A stretch of DNA of 63,044 nt from an uncultured Thermoplasmata archaeon. GTDB taxonomy: Archaea; Thermoplasmatota; Thermoplasmata; WALJ01. The stretch is taken from positions 1 to 63,044 of the forward strand of contig CAYYXK010000003.1 in NCBI GenBank assembly GCA_964475625.1, written 5' to 3'. The notes beneath the pieces are model-generated. The model searched no databases. It was not told the DNA's origin and saw nothing but the letters and a program-made list of their open reading frames with translations. Shown in pieces: positions 52,206-61,805 of this stretch. The position numbers were made by a program, and so were the translations under genes. Numbering within the stretch: position 1 is the stretch's first letter; every line of letters starts with the position of its first letter.

Positions 52206-52785
52206 AGCCCTTGGCTATCATATATATCTCGGAACTCGAGTTTCTGGATGCGGCCGGAGAATGCATCTTTACCATCCCGAAGTGATTCTTCGCTTTTTTG
52301 ATGAGGGGTGAAAGTAGGTCGCCCTCGAATACCTTGGCGACAAAGACCCCGCCTATCTTCAGATTCTCCAGTGCAAAATCGAGAGCGATTTCGGTAAGAT
52401 AGACGGAGCGCGCATGATCCGTTGAATAGGCCCCGGAGATGTTCGGTGACATGTCCGAGATGACGACTGAGGGGCTTTTTCCGCCAAGTTCCGCCTTTAT
52501 GCGCTCTTTGACCTCATCATCGGTAAAATCCCCTTTTATGAACACCGCTCCTTCCAGTGGTCTTATTCCCTGAAGGTCTACACCAACAAGCCTTCCTTCC
52601 TCACCTATCATCTCAATAGCGACCTGAGACCATCCTCCCGGTGCGGCTCCCAGTTCCACGACCATATCGCCCTTTCTAAAAATATTGAACTTTCTGTGTA
52701 TCTGTATGAGTTTATATGATGCCCGCGAACGATACCCGTTCTGTTTTGCCTTGCGGTAGTAGTAGTCCCGCCTCTTCTGCCTCAT
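52189..52785 (-). CDS. rlmE: 23S rRNA (uridine-2'-O)-methyltransferase RlmE/FtsJ
   Basis: YRSRASYKLIQI...VVELGAAPGGWSQV...ISDMSPNISG. The Met at 52785 is chosen. The track extension to 53037 has no homology and would overlap the MATE gene. Confidence 0.85.
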   Translation of the reverse strand: MRQKRRDYYYRKAKQNGYRSRASYKLIQIHRKFNIFRKGDMVVELGAAPGGWSQVAIEMIGEEGRLVGVDLQGIRPLEGAVFIKGDFTDDEVKERIKAELGGKSPSVVISDMSPNISGAYSTDHARSVYLTEIALDFALENLKIGGVFVAKVFEGDLLSPLIKKAKNHFGMVKMHSPAASRNSSSEIYMIAKGFKGRE

Positions 52786-52884
52786 CCAGTTCTTTGACAC
52801 ATTTTCACAAAGACTTCGGAGTATTTCATACTTTGTGGCGTAACACTTGCATGACGCTACAAAGCTTTTTAAATAAGCTGTAAA

Positions 52885-54330
52885 TTGTGTCCGATGATGA
52901 AGAACCCGAAAGAAGTGCAGAATGAAATTATCAATGGAAATATAATAAAAGCAGCCTTTATTCTCGCATGGCCTATGATGGTTACCAGCCTCATGCAGTC
53001 CGGATATAATCTGGCGGATATGTTCTGGGTGGGACACCTTCCCGAAGGTGAAAGCATGATAGCTATAGCGGCCATGAATGTTTCCTGGCCGTTGATATTC
53101 ATATTCATGTCCCTTGCCATGGGCTTCGGGACCGCGGGTACGGCCCTCGTATCCCAGTATACCGGTGCCGGAAACAAGAAAATGGTGGATTGCGTCGCAG
53201 GACAGATGGTGTTCTTTGCGATTGTCGTCTCGTTCACCATGGGGCTTCTCGGTTTCTTTTTCGTGGGTGACATAGTGAAGTTCATAGGTGCGGACCCGCA
53301 GGTCACAAGGATGGCGATAGATTATGCGAGAGTGATTTTCATAAGCCTTCCGTTCATGTTCCTTACCATAATCTTCGCAAGGATACTCAGGGGATGGGGA
53401 AATACTGTGACCCCCATGTGGATCAACGGTATAACACTGATTTTAAACATCATTCTGGACCCTATTATGATATTCGGGTGGTTCGGTTTTCCTGCCATGG
53501 GCATAGTCGGAGCTGCGATCGCCACACTGATATCCCGCATGCTTTCCGCAGGGATTGCGATGTACTGGCTCTACAGCGGAAGAGCCGACATAAAGGTCGG
53601 TAGAAAGGAAGTGGAGCCCGATTTCGGACTGATAAAGAAGATATTCCGCATAGGTGCGCCCATGTCCATGGCAATGACCTTCACGGCCATCGGGTTCTTC
53701 GTTATGATGCTCATAATAGCATGGCTTCCGGGATACACGCAGGGAATACCGAATTCCAGGATTGCGATGTCCGCATACGGGATAGGAAACCGGATGGTCA
53801 ATCTCACCTTCATAATAGTGGACGGTCTCGCATTCTCGCTCACGACCATAGTGGGCCAGAACATAGGGGCCGGAAAAATAGAAAGGGCAAAAGAGAGCTA
53901 CTGGAAGATTGCAGGGTTGAGCTTCGCCATATTGTGGGGTTTCTCCGCCATGTTCTTCCTCTTCTCCAAGCAGATCCTTTCCTTCTTCACAAACGATCCT
54001 CTGGTAATAGAGAACGGCATTATCTTCATGTCCATAATCTCCATAGGTATGCCCTTCTTCAGCATATTCCGAGCATCCATGGGCTATTTCAACGGTACCG
54101 GCAGGACTGAGTTCAATCTGCTTATGAGCAGCATACGTCTGTGGGGCCTGCGTCTGCCGATGTGCTATGTATTCAGTATGATTTTCGGACTGGGCGCCGC
54201 AGGGATATGGTATGGTATGGCAATGTCCAACATAGTCAGTGCCGCCGTGGGCCTCATACTCGTTTTCTTCGTGAAAATCGAATCCGGGGTCATTGAAAGG
54301 AAGATTAGGGGTCAGTCAAACATGATATAA
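52885..54330 (+). CDS. MATE-family efflux transporter
   Basis: 481 aa, 12 TM segments, with a typical MATE N-terminus (ILAWPMMVTSLMQSGYNLADMFWVGHL). Confidence 0.85.
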   Translation: MCPMMKNPKEVQNEIINGNIIKAAFILAWPMMVTSLMQSGYNLADMFWVGHLPEGESMIAIAAMNVSWPLIFIFMSLAMGFGTAGTALVSQYTGAGNKKMVDCVAGQMVFFAIVVSFTMGLLGFFFVGDIVKFIGADPQVTRMAIDYARVIFISLPFMFLTIIFARILRGWGNTVTPMWINGITLILNIILDPIMIFGWFGFPAMGIVGAAIATLISRMLSAGIAMYWLYSGRADIKVGRKEVEPDFGLIKKIFRIGAPMSMAMTFTAIGFFVMMLIIAWLPGYTQGIPNSRIAMSAYGIGNRMVNLTFIIVDGLAFSLTTIVGQNIGAGKIERAKESYWKIAGLSFAILWGFSAMFFLFSKQILSFFTNDPLVIENGIIFMSIISIGMPFFSIFRASMGYFNGTGRTEFNLLMSSIRLWGLRLPMCYVFSMIFGLGAAGIWYGMAMSNIVSAAVGLILVFFVKIESGVIERKIRGQSNMI

Positions 54331-55922
54331 TCCCGTATCCGGATTTCCTCGTCGAGTACTGCCCTTACCTCCCTGAATGAGGCATACGGCCTTCCGGAGA
54401 TTATCCTCGCGGCCCTTTTCTTTCCTATGCCGGGAAGTTCCTGTATCGCCCTTTGAGGCGCTCTGTTGATGCCAAGGGGTATCTCAACACCACCGGCGCT
54501 CCTCTCGGCGTGGTGTGTTATGAGCACATCCACGAAGCGCTCCGTCTCCGCAGGATATGGCAATTGCACCGCCAGTGGGTATGAGCCTATCTGTCTTCCG
54601 TATGTCACGCCTCCGCGCTTCAGTTCGAGATACACATCCTTTAAGACCGTGCCTTTCGGAAGGATGCGTTTGAGCATCTCCACCTCTATTTCCCTGCGGA
54701 CCTTATTCTTGAAATGCATGAAATCCCTGTAAAGTATGTGAGGAAACTCCGTGCGTATGGGTGCCACCTGCCTTATGTTTATCCTTCGGAGCATAAGCCC
54801 ACGGTCGAATACCTCTTTCAGGAAGAGATAGTTGAGCCTGTATGTTCCCTTTGTCTCGCCTTTCAGACCGCCCAGAAAATTAAGGCCGGGAAGAAGCCTC
54901 GGAAGCCCGTTCTCACCCCTTTCCCTCCCGACCTCGTTTATAATCTCTATCGCCTGCATGACCTCTTCGGGGGATGCGTTCAGGTTGTTCTCTTCTATCA
55001 CTCCCGGGTCCGCGGTTTCCATACCGAAGGCCAGAACATTTCCGGGAGTGGTTTGCTTCACCATTATCTTCGCAGCCTTTACCGATTCTTCGGGGTGCCT
55101 TGCTATGGTGGCCGGGTTCGCATTGTCCAGATGGAGGACCTTTATATCAGGACAGCACTCCCATATGCAGGTAAAAAGTTCCTCTATCACATCCGTATTC
55201 GGTTCGGGAGCCTCATATCTTCCGATGCCCTCTGCCATGTAAGAGAATATGTCTGTCTGCGCCCCTATCCTGAAATTTCTCATTCCCACATCGTACATCG
55301 CCTTTATCTCGGCTATTATGTTATCCGGCGGCCTGAAGGCAGGCTTTCCGTAGATTGGTTCTATGCAGAAGGAGCAGCCCCCCGTGAAGTATCTCGGACA
55401 TCCTCTGAAGCTCTCTATCTCGGCTATGACGTAGTGCGGAAAATCAGGGTGCTCCTTCACCATCTCAGCGCCTTTCACCGACCATTTCAGCCATTCCTCG
55501 TATTTCCTGTTACGCTGTGTGAATGTTCCCTTCTCAATGATGTCGAATACTCCGGCCTCAACGTCCAGCTTCGCCACATAGTCATAGCTCATGGCATCCG
55601 CTTCCTTCGAGAAACGGGCAACCGGCCCCCCCAGTATCGTCGTTCCCTTGGCATGAAGGGCTATCTCCCTCAGTTCCTTCCCGGATGCGGGCAATCCGCG
55701 CATGTATCGGCCGGGCACTATTGCCCCGCCTATGACCACAACGTATTTTGCATTGAGTTCCACCTCGCCTCGCCGATACTGGTCTATGGTGGCATATCTG
55801 ACATCCTGTTCAAGGCTGCGGAGCGCCCCCCAGAGGTATCTCGGATACTGTGAGATGTAGGGGGGGACTCCCAGAGATGCGGGTTCGTCGACATAGGCAT
55901 CAAGTATGAGAAAATCGGACAT
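54312..55922 (-). CDS. Radical SAM protein with N-terminal flavodoxin/B12-like region and C-terminal helix-hairpin-helix
   Basis: ESFRGCPRYFTGGCSFC cluster region and a C-terminal ELPGIGKKRAARII HhH. Function unknown. Confidence 0.65.
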   Translation of the reverse strand: MSDFLILDAYVDEPASLGVPPYISQYPRYLWGALRSLEQDVRYATIDQYRRGEVELNAKYVVVIGGAIVPGRYMRGLPASGKELREIALHAKGTTILGGPVARFSKEADAMSYDYVAKLDVEAGVFDIIEKGTFTQRNRKYEEWLKWSVKGAEMVKEHPDFPHYVIAEIESFRGCPRYFTGGCSFCIEPIYGKPAFRPPDNIIAEIKAMYDVGMRNFRIGAQTDIFSYMAEGIGRYEAPEPNTDVIEELFTCIWECCPDIKVLHLDNANPATIARHPEESVKAAKIMVKQTTPGNVLAFGMETADPGVIEENNLNASPEEVMQAIEIINEVGRERGENGLPRLLPGLNFLGGLKGETKGTYRLNYLFLKEVFDRGLMLRRINIRQVAPIRTEFPHILYRDFMHFKNKVRREIEVEMLKRILPKGTVLKDVYLELKRGGVTYGRQIGSYPLAVQLPYPAETERFVDVLITHHAERSAGGVEIPLGINRAPQRAIQELPGIGKKRAARIISGRPYASFREVRAVLDEEIRIRDYIMFD

Positions 55923-56444
55923 CTACTTCCTCCCTTCCCAGAACCTCACGAAAGCATCGACCATGGTGTCCACGAAGGTCTGCCTGTATGTTATCAGAAC
56001 CTTTGCCACTCTTTCCTCGTCGGTGACATAGTATCTTCCGTCCTCGTCCTTTGCGATTATCTCCGAGTCCAAAAGCTTTTTCAGATGGTATGAAAGGGTG
56101 GATGCGGATACCGCAAAATGGGGCTTAAGTTCACCATGGCTGGAATGCGAGTGCATCATCAGGTGAAGGACTATCAGTCTCGGTATCTCCTGTCTCAGAA
56201 CTGCGAGATACTTCTTATCCTGTGCATCCACGACGCTCCCCGCTCCTGCGGGATAATATGTTATCATCCTTCCCTCTTTTTTCTCAACGACGAACCCGTG
56301 CTTTTCCAAGTATCTGAGCTGATAGCGCAGAGTGCCCATCGGTATCCCTGTCTCTCTCTGCAACCCCCGCATATGTATTCCGGGATTGTCCCTTACCGCC
56401 TCGAACACGCGCCTTCTGGCCTCAAGCTGGAGTATCTTCTCCAT
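55923..56444 (-). CDS. ArsR-type winged-helix transcriptional regulator
   Basis: RRRVFEAVRDNPGIHMRGLQRETGIPMGTLRYQLRYLEKHGFV plus a second wHTH-like half. I prefer the Met at 56444. Confidence 0.7.
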   Translation of the reverse strand: MEKILQLEARRRVFEAVRDNPGIHMRGLQRETGIPMGTLRYQLRYLEKHGFVVEKKEGRMITYYPAGAGSVVDAQDKKYLAVLRQEIPRLIVLHLMMHSHSSHGELKPHFAVSASTLSYHLKKLLDSEIIAKDEDGRYYVTDEERVAKVLITYRQTFVDTMVDAFVRFWEGRK

Positions 56445-56445
56445 G

Positions 56446-56703
56446 TCACTCCTTTCCGAAAAGAGCGCCCAACAAGACAAATGCCATCAGAAGGTCGAAT
56501 CCCGCCATGGTCTCGTAACTCGTGTCCACAATATTCCAGATTCCGAGAAGCAGTAATATCCCTTTGATGAACAGAACTCCGGGTATGCCACCGATTACGA
56601 GCATGCGGTTCATTCCGGTTCGCCTGTATGCTATCATTGAAAAGACAAGCAGTATCAATCCGGCAGCTGTTATCAGTCCGGCCATCACGGGTAGAGCATC
56701 CAT
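56446..56703 (-). CDS. Small membrane protein (3 TM)
   Basis: 85 aa, three hydrophobic helices. Directly abuts the downstream regulator gene. Confidence 0.5.
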   Translation of the reverse strand: MDALPVMAGLITAAGLILLVFSMIAYRRTGMNRMLVIGGIPGVLFIKGILLLLGIWNIVDTSYETMAGFDLLMAFVLLGALFGKE

Positions 56704-56753
56704 ACTATCACCGCTGGTTTATGCACTACCCATTTAATTTCTTTGGGGTTGTC

Positions 56754-57140
56754 TCAGTGATTGTGTTCTCCGAAGTCGCCGCGCTCCTTCCAGTTCTCGT
56801 CCACAGCCAACCTTGCCTCAACATATGCCTGGACGACATCGCCTATTTTTCCCTGTGCCCCTGTGACGACCTTTATTCCCATTTCATCGAAGAACTGCAC
56901 CGCTCTTCCTCCCATTCCGTAGGCTATGACAGTGTCGGCCCCCTGTTCCTTTATGAAACCCGGTATGTCACCCGGCCCATGCTCCTGAAACGGCACGGGC
57001 ACCGCTTTCGCTTCCATGCTCTCGATATCGATTATCGTGTAATATCTTGCCCTTCCGAAGTGCTCTTCCACGCGGCTTTCAAAGCCTTTGTCATCCGTGC
57101 TGGGTATCGCTATCTTCATGATTCCTGATTCTTTTGCCAT
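56754..57140 (-). CDS. NifB/NifX-family (dinitrogenase Fe-Mo cofactor biosynthesis domain) protein
   Basis: HFGRARYYTIIDI...VIAYGMGGRAVQFFDEMGIKV. Confidence 0.7.
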   Translation of the reverse strand: MAKESGIMKIAIPSTDDKGFESRVEEHFGRARYYTIIDIESMEAKAVPVPFQEHGPGDIPGFIKEQGADTVIAYGMGGRAVQFFDEMGIKVVTGAQGKIGDVVQAYVEARLAVDENWKERGDFGEHNH

Positions 57141-57142
57141 AT

Positions 57143-57724
57143 TTAAGGCTGTTGTGTTCGTGTGCTTTCAGCTATTATTTTATCGATTTTTTGAACGATT
57201 CTCTGAGAAATTCCATTGTGGTATAATACCGGGGCCCTAAACTCGGGAACCTTTTCTCCACGCTCGTTCACAGGTATGAGGAGTTCGAAGTCATCGCGGT
57301 AGTCGTCCCAATCTATTATAACAGGGATTTCCAGCCCGTATTTCAGGCATTCATCGAGACTGTTGAGCTGTCTTACGGCCCTGAAAAACCCGGAGATATG
57401 TGAAATCTTCTCATCGTCAATATATGTGAGTACCTCAATGTCTTTAAGGGCTTCCACGGGAATCCCTGTTTTCTGCCGGTACACAAGGGTATAACCACCT
57501 TTGATCCCCAGAAAACGGGTCTCATCGCCCAATTCCTGCCGTTTTGCGCGCCTTCCTATTATGACCCCATCCAGCATGCCGCTCTTCAGCAGAAAAAGAG
57601 CCTGCCCTGCGCTCGGCACAAGAATTATCTCCAGACCGTCTATGTCGGAGAGGTCATTCGTAAATACCTCCATTGTTGGGCAGTAGGCTATTTTTATACT
57701 ATTATTTGTTTCTTTCGTATTCAT
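57143..57724 (-). CDS. Hypothetical protein (periplasmic-binding-protein-like fold is a guess)
   Basis: 193-aa ORF, 2 nt upstream of the NifX-like gene. No motif recognised. Confidence 0.4.
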   Translation of the reverse strand: MNTKETNNSIKIAYCPTMEVFTNDLSDIDGLEIILVPSAGQALFLLKSGMLDGVIIGRRAKRQELGDETRFLGIKGGYTLVYRQKTGIPVEALKDIEVLTYIDDEKISHISGFFRAVRQLNSLDECLKYGLEIPVIIDWDDYRDDFELLIPVNERGEKVPEFRAPVLYHNGISQRIVQKIDKIIAESTRTQQP

Positions 57725-57741
57725 TCATATACCTCCTTACC

Positions 57742-58390
57742 CTAGCTGGTCCGATGCGTTTCAGTGCGGACAGAGTGAGCAGCGGGTGTGTGCATATTAA
57801 CCGGAGAACATGACGCTTTTTTTATCTCTCCTTTCCCAATCGCAAGAAGCGTCTCCACGTCCGGTGCCATCACATATCTGGACATCCGTTCGAACATCCT
57901 TCTCTCCCTTTCGTAGGTTTTCAGAGCCACATAGAGTGTCTTTGCCGATGTTTCTATCTCCCTTCCCCTTGCGGCGGACGATTGCGGAAACGGAGTTCTG
58001 CCTGACGGCCACTCTTTCCAGTACCGTGTTGAACATGAATTCGACGCCCTCTTTCTCTGCAAGTCGTTTAAGTTTGCTGCGGAACTCTCCTGAATCTATC
58101 AGTACGGATGTGCTGTGCGGAATCACCCTTCGGCTGAGTTCCCGGTAGTTTTCGTCCAGGAATATCAGGCCGATATTTTTCGAGTGGGAAAGAACGGATT
58201 CCGCAGCCAGCCTTCTGGCAAAGCCCTCCGGCATGAGGGACAGGGTAGTCATCTCGCCGCAGAAGGAAGTTCTCTCGTCTTTCCTTCTCTCCAGAAGAAC
58301 GACATCGTGTCCCTGACTCACCGCTCGAATGGAAAAACCTGGGCCGGCCGGCCCGGCTCCGGCTACGATTATTTTCATAATATCTGCCAT
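57742..58390 (-). pseudogene. Remnant of an FAD-dependent (geranylgeranyl-reductase-like) oxidoreductase: N-terminal Rossmann part only, frameshifted
   Basis: The dinucleotide-binding motif KIIVAGAGPAGPG and LLERR are present. After ~130 aa the similarity continues only in another frame (ORF 57742-58062: ...REIETSAKTLYVA...) and then ends. About 200 aa are present where about 390 are expected. Confidence 0.4.
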
Positions 58391-58397
58391 TATTTAA

Positions 58398-59918
58398 TTA
58401 TGAAGAGGCATGATTTTTTCCCGACTCCCCCATATGGGCATTATGGATGTCTTCATCCTCTTTTTCAGTCACTTCGTCCCATTTATCCTTCTGTATGATG
58501 CACCCCGGATCCGGGCCCTGAACATCTCCGAAGTATGAATATGCCCTGGCCCTGCATCCTCCGCAGACATACCTGAACGGGCATGTGGAACACGCATATT
58601 CCTCGGCGTCCCTGTCTCTCAATTTTAGAAAGATGTCGCTGGTATCCCATACCTGCTGGAACCCGTCCGTTATAACATTTCCTACTTTTATAGGCATGAA
58701 AACACATGGCTGTACATCTCCGTTGTGCTCTATCGAGCAGTATATTCTTCCGGCACCGCATCCGCCTATGAATTCGGCAAGAGTCCGGCCGGCGTTCATG
58801 TATTCCTCCGGAAGTTCTATATCTGCAAAATGCGTCGGGGATAGTTTGTGACCTTTTTCTTCTGCCACGGCAGTAAGTGATATCCTAGCATAGGCAGGAC
58901 ATGTGGAGAATATCTGCATATCTCCTTTGTGCCACTCGGAATAGAGATATTTCATAAGCTTTTCCCGCTCTTCTGGACGGAGATCTCCTTTCGCGATATC
59001 CTTTCCCCTGCCTGTTGGTATGAAGTTGAAGAATATCATCCGGTCAACATTCAGTTCTCTTCCCAGTTTTATCATGTCGGGCATCGTATCGAGATTGTGA
59101 TGGGTTGCCACCGTTGCAATCCCGACATCTATTCCTCCAAGCTTCTTCAGGATCTTAATCGCGTTTATCGAGCGGTCAAAGGCCCCTTTAACCCCCCGGA
59201 ATTCGTCGTGTATCTCCGCTGTCGGGCCGTCAATACTTATCTCCACATATCTGACGCCGATTTCTTTTAGGCGTTTTGCCACTTCTTCGGTTATAAGCGT
59301 TCCATTTGTTGCGACGCTCACATAGAAGCCGAGCTCCGATGCCTTTTTCGCCACGAGCCAGAAATCGCGATTTATGAGGGGCTCTCCCCCTGAAAACGAT
59401 ATCGCTGCTACGCCTGCCTCGTCCAGTTGCCTGAGGACCTCCATCTTTTGCTCAAGTGTCAGCTCGTCCGGTGCAGGATATGGCTTTGCGTTCGCATAGC
59501 AGTGCTTGCATTTGAGATTGCACTGCTTTGTGAAGTTCCACACCACCATGAAAGGGGCGGAAAGTCTCTGGGGTTTTGATATTCCATACTCTGCAATTCC
59601 CCTTATTATAACGCTGAATCCCTTTCTCATATAAGGGTCCTTCAGAAATGACTTGATATCCTCCGGTTCCGCATTGAACATTTTTGCTGCCCTTTCAATG
59701 GCGACCGAGACTGTCTTTGCACGGAGAGATTCCCTCACGCCCGAGGGTTTTTCCACTCCTGCGTATATCGCCAGTGACTTCTCTATCTTCTTTGTTTCTG
59801 CCATCTCCTTCATGATGTAATGGGCAAATTTGTTGTCCATCACAGTTTGGAGATATTTCAGGATGTCCTCTTCATTAAGTTTTTTCTTATCCATCTCATT
59901 CTTTTCTTTCATTTTCAA
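58398..59918 (-). CDS. Radical SAM / SPASM-domain protein with ~100-aa N-terminal extension
   Basis: FTKQCNLKCKHCY radical SAM cluster, FSGGEPL, and C-terminal SPASM cysteines (CGAGRIYCSI...GDVQPCVFMP...CSTCPFRYVCGGCRARA). The start may be the Met at 59894. Confidence 0.8.
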   Translation of the reverse strand: MKMKEKNEMDKKKLNEEDILKYLQTVMDNKFAHYIMKEMAETKKIEKSLAIYAGVEKPSGVRESLRAKTVSVAIERAAKMFNAEPEDIKSFLKDPYMRKGFSVIIRGIAEYGISKPQRLSAPFMVVWNFTKQCNLKCKHCYANAKPYPAPDELTLEQKMEVLRQLDEAGVAAISFSGGEPLINRDFWLVAKKASELGFYVSVATNGTLITEEVAKRLKEIGVRYVEISIDGPTAEIHDEFRGVKGAFDRSINAIKILKKLGGIDVGIATVATHHNLDTMPDMIKLGRELNVDRMIFFNFIPTGRGKDIAKGDLRPEEREKLMKYLYSEWHKGDMQIFSTCPAYARISLTAVAEEKGHKLSPTHFADIELPEEYMNAGRTLAEFIGGCGAGRIYCSIEHNGDVQPCVFMPIKVGNVITDGFQQVWDTSDIFLKLRDRDAEEYACSTCPFRYVCGGCRARAYSYFGDVQGPDPGCIIQKDKWDEVTEKEDEDIHNAHMGESGKNHASS

Positions 59919-60327
59919 ACCCCCCTTTTATTATATCTATTGATCTCTCCACGGATTCCCAAGCTTTCTCCTCAAGCATATCCCTGTGTTTTTTCATGTG
60001 CTCACCCATCATTTTCAGAATGGAAAGGGTCTTTTCCTTTTCCTTCAAAAGAATTGAGTCGATACTTTTTACAGCGGCGTAGGCGTACTTTCTTCCTTTC
60101 CGTTCCCGGATTATGACTCCTTCTCGCCTGAGTTTGTTCAATTCATTGATCATCGAAGAGTATGCGTAGCCGAGTTCATCGGCCACCTCTTTCGCGGTCA
60201 TGCTATCTTCAGAGATGAAGAGGAGGGCGTATATGGATGAGCATGTTTCTCCAAAGCCCCAATGCATCATAAGTCGCTTTGTTTCGCGGTAAAGACTTCT
60301 GTTTATTGAATTTATGATTTTTCTCAT
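59896..60327 (-). CDS. GbsR/MarR-like winged-helix transcriptional regulator
   Basis: SSIYALLFISEDSMTAKEVADELGYAYSSMINELNKLRREGVI. Confidence 0.65.
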   Translation of the reverse strand: MRKIINSINRSLYRETKRLMMHWGFGETCSSIYALLFISEDSMTAKEVADELGYAYSSMINELNKLRREGVIIRERKGRKYAYAAVKSIDSILLKEKEKTLSILKMMGEHMKKHRDMLEEKAWESVERSIDIIKGGFENERKE

Positions 60328-60484
60328 AGTCGTAGTAAAAACATATGTTAATTTAAGTTTTTCGCCGAACAGAGGGCGAGTCGTATATCCTACTTCCTTT
60401 GGCTTCGGGTTGTCTCGGCAGGCATTTCAACTTTTTTTGAAAAACCTTAAATACTGTCGATTTTTTCCTTTCTCGGTGATACCA

Positions 60485-60853
60485 ATGTCCGAAGATAAAT
60501 TCAGTTACTGGTTCGGAGTCGAGAGAGATAAGTTGGACTGGCACCCCACCATAGATTATGGCAAGTGTGCAAAGTGCATGCTATGTGTCGCCCTCTGTGG
60601 AAGAGGCGTTTACGCCGCCGTTGATGGCAGGCCTGTGGTTGTTCAGCCGAATCACTGCCTTGTTGGTTGCACCACCTGTGCCAACATGTGTCCCGCAAGT
60701 GCCATAGAATTCCCTCCGAAGGAACAGGCAAAGAAGTATGTGGCCGTATATGGAATATGGTCCAAGGTAAAGGACCTCGCAAAGGAGAAGACGGAAAAAC
60801 TTCCCGAAGAGGTTCTGGCCGAGTATCGTCAGGCCATGCGGGATGCGGAGTAA
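60485..60853 (+). CDS. 4Fe-4S dicluster ferredoxin-domain protein
   Basis: [11 protein letters not shown] and [13 protein letters not shown] motifs. The Met at 60485 is chosen. Confidence 0.75.
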   Translation: MSEDKFSYWFGVERDKLDWHPTIDYGKCAKCMLCVALCGRGVYAAVDGRPVVVQPNHCLVGCTTCANMCPASAIEFPPKEQAKKYVAVYGIWSKVKDLAKEKTEKLPEEVLAEYRQAMRDAE

Positions 60854-61805
60854 TGGAGGGCGGTAGGAGGCAATATGCATTGAAGGTCCCCGTGATAGAG
60901 ATTGAAAAACTCACCAAATATTACGGCGATTTCCTCGCTGTGGACAGCATAAGTTTTTCCGTGAATAAAGGCGAGATCTTCGGCTTTCTCGGCCCGAATG
61001 GTGCGGGAAAAACAACCACGATAAGGATGCTCACCGGAATACTGGAACCTACGGATGGAAAGGTAAGGGTTCTCGGCTACGATATGAGATATGAAAAAGA
61101 TAAAGGCGCGGGAAAACATGGGGATTGTGCCCGAAACCGCCAACCCATACATCGACCTCACGGCAATGCAGAATCTCAGACTCGTGGGCGGACTTTGCGG
61201 GATGAAAAAGAGCGTTATAAAGGAAAGGAGTGAATATCTTCTGAGTCTTTTCGAGTTGTCAGATAGAAAGGACAAAAAGGTAAGAGCATTTTCCAAGGGG
61301 ATGAAGCAGAGATTGAGCCTTGCCATGGCGATGCTTCCCGACCCGCAGATTCTGTTCCTGGATGAGCCCACTTCTGGTCTGGATGTGATGAGTGCGAGGA
61401 TGATAAAGAAGATAATTGTGGATGAGAATAAAAAGGGCAAAACCATTTTCATGAACACACAACATGGGCGACGCAAATCGGCTGTGCACAAGGCTTGCCA
61501 TAATTAAAAGAGGGAGGATAATTGCGATAGATACCCCGGAGCAAGTAAAGAAGATTGGAAGGACGCATACGGTGGTGGAAGTGAGCCTTCAGCCGTTCCT
61601 CTTTGATGAAAAATCGGTGAGAGATGCGGAAAAGATTGAGATAACGGGAGATAAGGCGAAAATCTATACGAAGGATGCCGATGCCACGATAAGAGATGTC
61701 GTGAAATATGCTGAACGGAATCGTTTGAAAATCATAACACTGAGCACGCATCCCCCATCCCTTGAAGATGTGTTCCTGTACCTCGTGGGTGATAAAAATG
61801 GTTGA
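60853..61805 (+). pseudogene. ABC transporter ATP-binding protein split by two frameshifts
   Basis: Walker [10 protein letters not shown] is in frame 1. The ABC signature FSKGMKQRLSLA and Walker B ILFLDEPTSGLD are in frame 2 (from ~61091). The H-loop region and C-terminal domain are in frame 3 (from ~61464). The shifts fall at GAAAAAG (61093-61099) and ACACACAAC (61455-61463). Confidence 0.75.

Noticed and set aside
52786-53306. 84-codon extension of rlmE (to 53037) and the minus-strand ORF at 52869-53306
   Set aside because: No methyltransferase similarity upstream of MRQKRRDYYY. Both overlap the well-supported MATE gene on the other strand.
54714-55853. 379-aa plus-strand ORF, with similar large ORFs at 15958-16848, 14877-15596, 18041-18757, 18186-18875, 22864-23505, 43710-44519 and 60829-61491
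   Set aside because: Each is antisense to a gene with strong recognisable motifs (radical SAM, Rio1, ArgRS, CBS-HPF, Taw1, amidohydrolase, ABC ATPase). Their translations are Arg/Pro/His-rich nonsense typical of the reverse frame.
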